Source: a virus (taxonomy: Duplodnaviria; Caudoviricetes). Taken from it: a stretch of DNA of 26,541 bases. Position 1 is the first letter of the stretch; every line of letters begins with the position of its first letter. The translations under genes and the position numbers were made by a program. The stretch spans positions 1 through 26,541 of the IMG/VR virus record IMGVR_UViG_3300033076_001180. One strand, written 5' to 3'. Under the pieces are notes generated by a model, which was given only the letters and a program-made list of their open reading frames with translations, was not told where the DNA came from and made no database searches. Below, piece after piece: positions 24,631 to 26,541 of this stretch.

Positions 24631-24841
24631 TTCGGCAGTCCGTCAGTTTGCGTTCGATAAATTCGATGATCTCGTCGATTTCGACCGGGGTGAAACGCGA
24701 GGCTTTGCCCTTTGCGTGAAGGTTTAATTTACGAGTCCAATGTGCGAGGAGTTGCCGCAAGATCGGAGCGAGCCTGTCGTTGGGATAGTGAGCGCACAAG
24801 GCGCTCACTTCTTTCAGAATGTCGGAAACGGTATGCGTCAC
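24623..24841 (-). CDS. Hypothetical protein (72 aa)
   Basis: ATGA overlap; SD GAGG. Confidence 0.65.
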   Translation of the reverse strand: MTHTVSDILKEVSALCAHYPNDRLAPILRQLLAHWTRKLNLHAKGKASRFTPVEIDEIIEFIERKLTDCRND

Positions 24842-25113
24842 GCGACGGCCTCTGGGGCGGAGAGGAGAGGCAGGTTAAGGGCTTTGTTAACGCGCTTTGA
24901 TCCGAGCAAGGCGTCGAGCTTGTCAAAGGCTTTTGTGAGCGCCTCGTCACCGTCCGCGCCATGTCCGCGCACTTTGATCTCCGTGCCTTCATGGTCGAGC
25001 GTAATGGTGCATCCCCACCGCTCTGAGTCATCAGAGTAACGGTAGTTGTTACGGCAGAGCGCAACTTCAGCGTTGAGGATGTTGAGTTTGGAGAAGATCT
25101 GGGAAAGGGTCAT
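24838..25113 (-). CDS. Hypothetical protein (91 aa)
   Basis: Start reassigned to ATG 25113 with SD AGGAG. Confidence 0.7.
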   Translation of the reverse strand: MTLSQIFSKLNILNAEVALCRNNYRYSDDSERWGCTITLDHEGTEIKVRGHGADGDEALTKAFDKLDALLGSKRVNKALNLPLLSAPEAVA

Positions 25114-25184
25114 TACAAGTGCTCCTGAATTGCAAGGTGTTAGACACATTGTGGATTGAGTTTATGGTGGGTCAGAGGTGTGGA

Positions 25185-25556
25185 TTAGAAGTCGAAGTCT
25201 GGGTCGTTGAAAAGCGCCTCCATGTCTTTGAGTTTTTCGGTTAAAGGTTTGCGGGCGAAACGCTCACGTTCGGCGCGTTCACGGGCGCGTTCGGCTTTGC
25301 TTTCGGCGTTGGGGTCGCGAGCCCAAGCGTTGACGACATGCTGGATCGGCATGGTGGGGCCAGCTATGCGGTGCGGGGTAGAGGCGTGGGCCATTTCACG
25401 TTCACGCAGCACTCGCATCAAAGCGGCCATGCCCCCCGGCGTTGCGGGGAATGAAAGCTCCTGCGTGTAGCCCTTCGTGGCGCGGAGTTGGAGATAGATA
25501 AAATCGCCTTCCGAATAGATAGCGGTGGCAGCGTGGAACGGGGCGGTGCGGGACAT
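25185..25556 (-). CDS. Hypothetical protein (123 aa)
   Basis: Start reassigned to ATG 25556 with SD GGAG; downstream of the putative promoter. Confidence 0.7.
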   Translation of the reverse strand: MSRTAPFHAATAIYSEGDFIYLQLRATKGYTQELSFPATPGGMAALMRVLREREMAHASTPHRIAGPTMPIQHVVNAWARDPNAESKAERARERAERERFARKPLTEKLKDMEALFNDPDFDF

Positions 25557-25626
25557 GGTAGGCTCCGAGGTGGCGCATGGCGCCGGTATGAGGTAACATA
25601 TGGAAGAACGGGAAAACCCGTGAATT

Positions 25627-25655
25627 ATAATGACACAACCGGGGACAACTTGCAA
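25627..25655 (-). promoter_or_regulatory. Putative sigma70-type promoter TTGCAA-N17-CATTAT with overlapping inverted repeat
   Basis: Intergenic; mirrors 19408-19436; CCGGGGA-N18-TCCCCGG (25639-25670) straddles the -35. Confidence 0.55.
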
Positions 25656-25688
25656 CACTATAATCCCCGGCTGGCGTCATGTCGCGCC

Positions 25689-25871
25689 TCACTCGTCATA
25701 CAAAAGCGCGTGAATGAGTCCTTTCGGGCAGATGGCGTGGCGGGTTTTGGCGTCCCACAAAAAGCAGTAGGACAGAATCAACGAGCCGTAGATGAAGGTA
25801 TAGGCTAGAAGTGAAAAGAGCAGCCATGTGGTGAGGAAGGCTGTGAGGACGAAGATGGCGGCCACAAGCAT
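25689..25871 (-). CDS. Small membrane protein (about 60 aa)
   Basis: ATG one base after the upstream TGA; long hydrophobic stretch. An alternative start exists at 25928. Confidence 0.5.
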   Translation of the reverse strand: MLVAAIFVLTAFLTTWLLFSLLAYTFIYGSLILSYCFLWDAKTRHAICPKGLIHALLYDE

Positions 25872-25872
25872 G

Positions 25873-26208
25873 TCAACGATCCCAGCTGCGTTCGCGGTAA
25901 TAGTCCTCGTCGAAATAGTCGTTCTCATCTTCTTCCCACTCCCCGATGTATTCGATGATAGCGTCGTCAACTGCGCGGGAGGAGGCAAGGAGTTCGAACA
26001 GCGCGCCAGTCGCTTCAAAGAGCGGGGCGTCTGGTTTATCTGGGTCGTCGAGTTTGAGGTGGATCGAGTTGACTTCCCACTCCGGGTCGTCTCCGGGGTA
26101 ACAATTCTCCGGCGGCCCATAGAGTTGGGGTTTGGTGCCGGGATGGGTCAACGTCCAGTCGATGTCGAGGATGAAGTCGTGGCCCATGAAATAGATGCCG
26201 GTCTGCAT
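25873..26208 (-). CDS. Acidic hypothetical protein (111 aa)
   Basis: ATG 26208 with SD GGAG; GPPENCYPGD motif; D/E-rich tail. Confidence 0.7.
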   Translation of the reverse strand: MQTGIYFMGHDFILDIDWTLTHPGTKPQLYGPPENCYPGDDPEWEVNSIHLKLDDPDKPDAPLFEATGALFELLASSRAVDDAIIEYIGEWEEDENDYFDEDYYRERSWDR

Positions 26209-26242
26209 TTTGATGTCTCCGTGAGATGAAAGGGGAGCGCGG

Positions 26243-26539
26243 TTACGCGCTCGGCCAGACGTAGGGCAGGTCAGGGCCGTCCGTCCAATGGAATTGGCGG
26301 TAATGGTCGGGCTCCTTGCGGAGAAGGTTGGAGCGGTGGGACGCATGGAAAGCGTCGTTGCCGAGCCATGCGGGCTGAGATGTTATGAGGTCGGCGGGGG
26401 CGAAAGCGTTGATTTTGTCTGTGCATGTATCGCGGAAACCGCGTTTAACCCACTCGTGGCAGATGGCGAGGCCGTAGACCGCGAGGAGCCCTGTGTGCCC
26501 GCGCCACATTTTCACGGCGGGGTGGTTTTGCCAGCCGTA
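26243..26539 (-). CDS. Pyrimidine-dimer DNA glycosylase/endonuclease V-like protein (MSMEG_6728-like), 5' truncated
   Basis: Frame is open to the window edge: YGWQNHPAVKMWRGH...YGLAICHEW..RGFRDT...PAWLG....HASHRSNLLRK.P.HY...DLPYVWP. Confidence 0.8.
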   Translation of the reverse strand, partial: YGWQNHPAVKMWRGHTGLLAVYGLAICHEWVKRGFRDTCTDKINAFAPADLITSQPAWLGNDAFHASHRSNLLRKEPDHYRQFHWTDGPDLPYVWPSA

Positions 26540-26541
26540 GG

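Noticed and set aside
1-26541. tRNA, rRNA, CRISPR array, integrase, transposase, lysis cassette or alternative genetic code
   Set aside because: None recognised. Genes are intact under the standard code and all three stop codons are used.

Overview
This is a 26.5 kb fragment of a tailed dsDNA phage (or prophage) genome with two convergent arms. The + arm (1-9055) is a P22-like podovirus virion module: end of the coat gene, gp4-like head-tail adaptor, gp10-like tail hub, three DNA-ejection proteins (the last with a lysozyme-like domain) and a short tail-collar fibre. The - arm (26541-9085) is a tightly coupled early/replication region. It encodes a pyrimidine-dimer glycosylase-like protein, many small hypotheticals, HIRAN, a UvrD-like helicase, an HTH protein, a PD-(D/E)XK nuclease + AAA ATPase + SSB-like trio, a ParB-methyltransferase fusion, a MazG/Nmad-like protein, an Acb2/Tad1-like protein, a split family A DNA polymerase and a DUF3987-like ATPase. 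The most notable observations are: (1) an SPO1-type UDG-exonuclease-PolA split into two genes inside the proofreading active site, with two small membrane-protein genes in the gap; (2) His at the PolA 762-equivalent position and no primase in the window; (3) a three-hairpin non-coding element with anti-Shine-Dalgarno loops; (4) a tail fibre with a signal-peptide-like N-terminus. All family assignments come from motif recognition by eye, with no database searches. An alphaproteobacterial host is a weak inference only.
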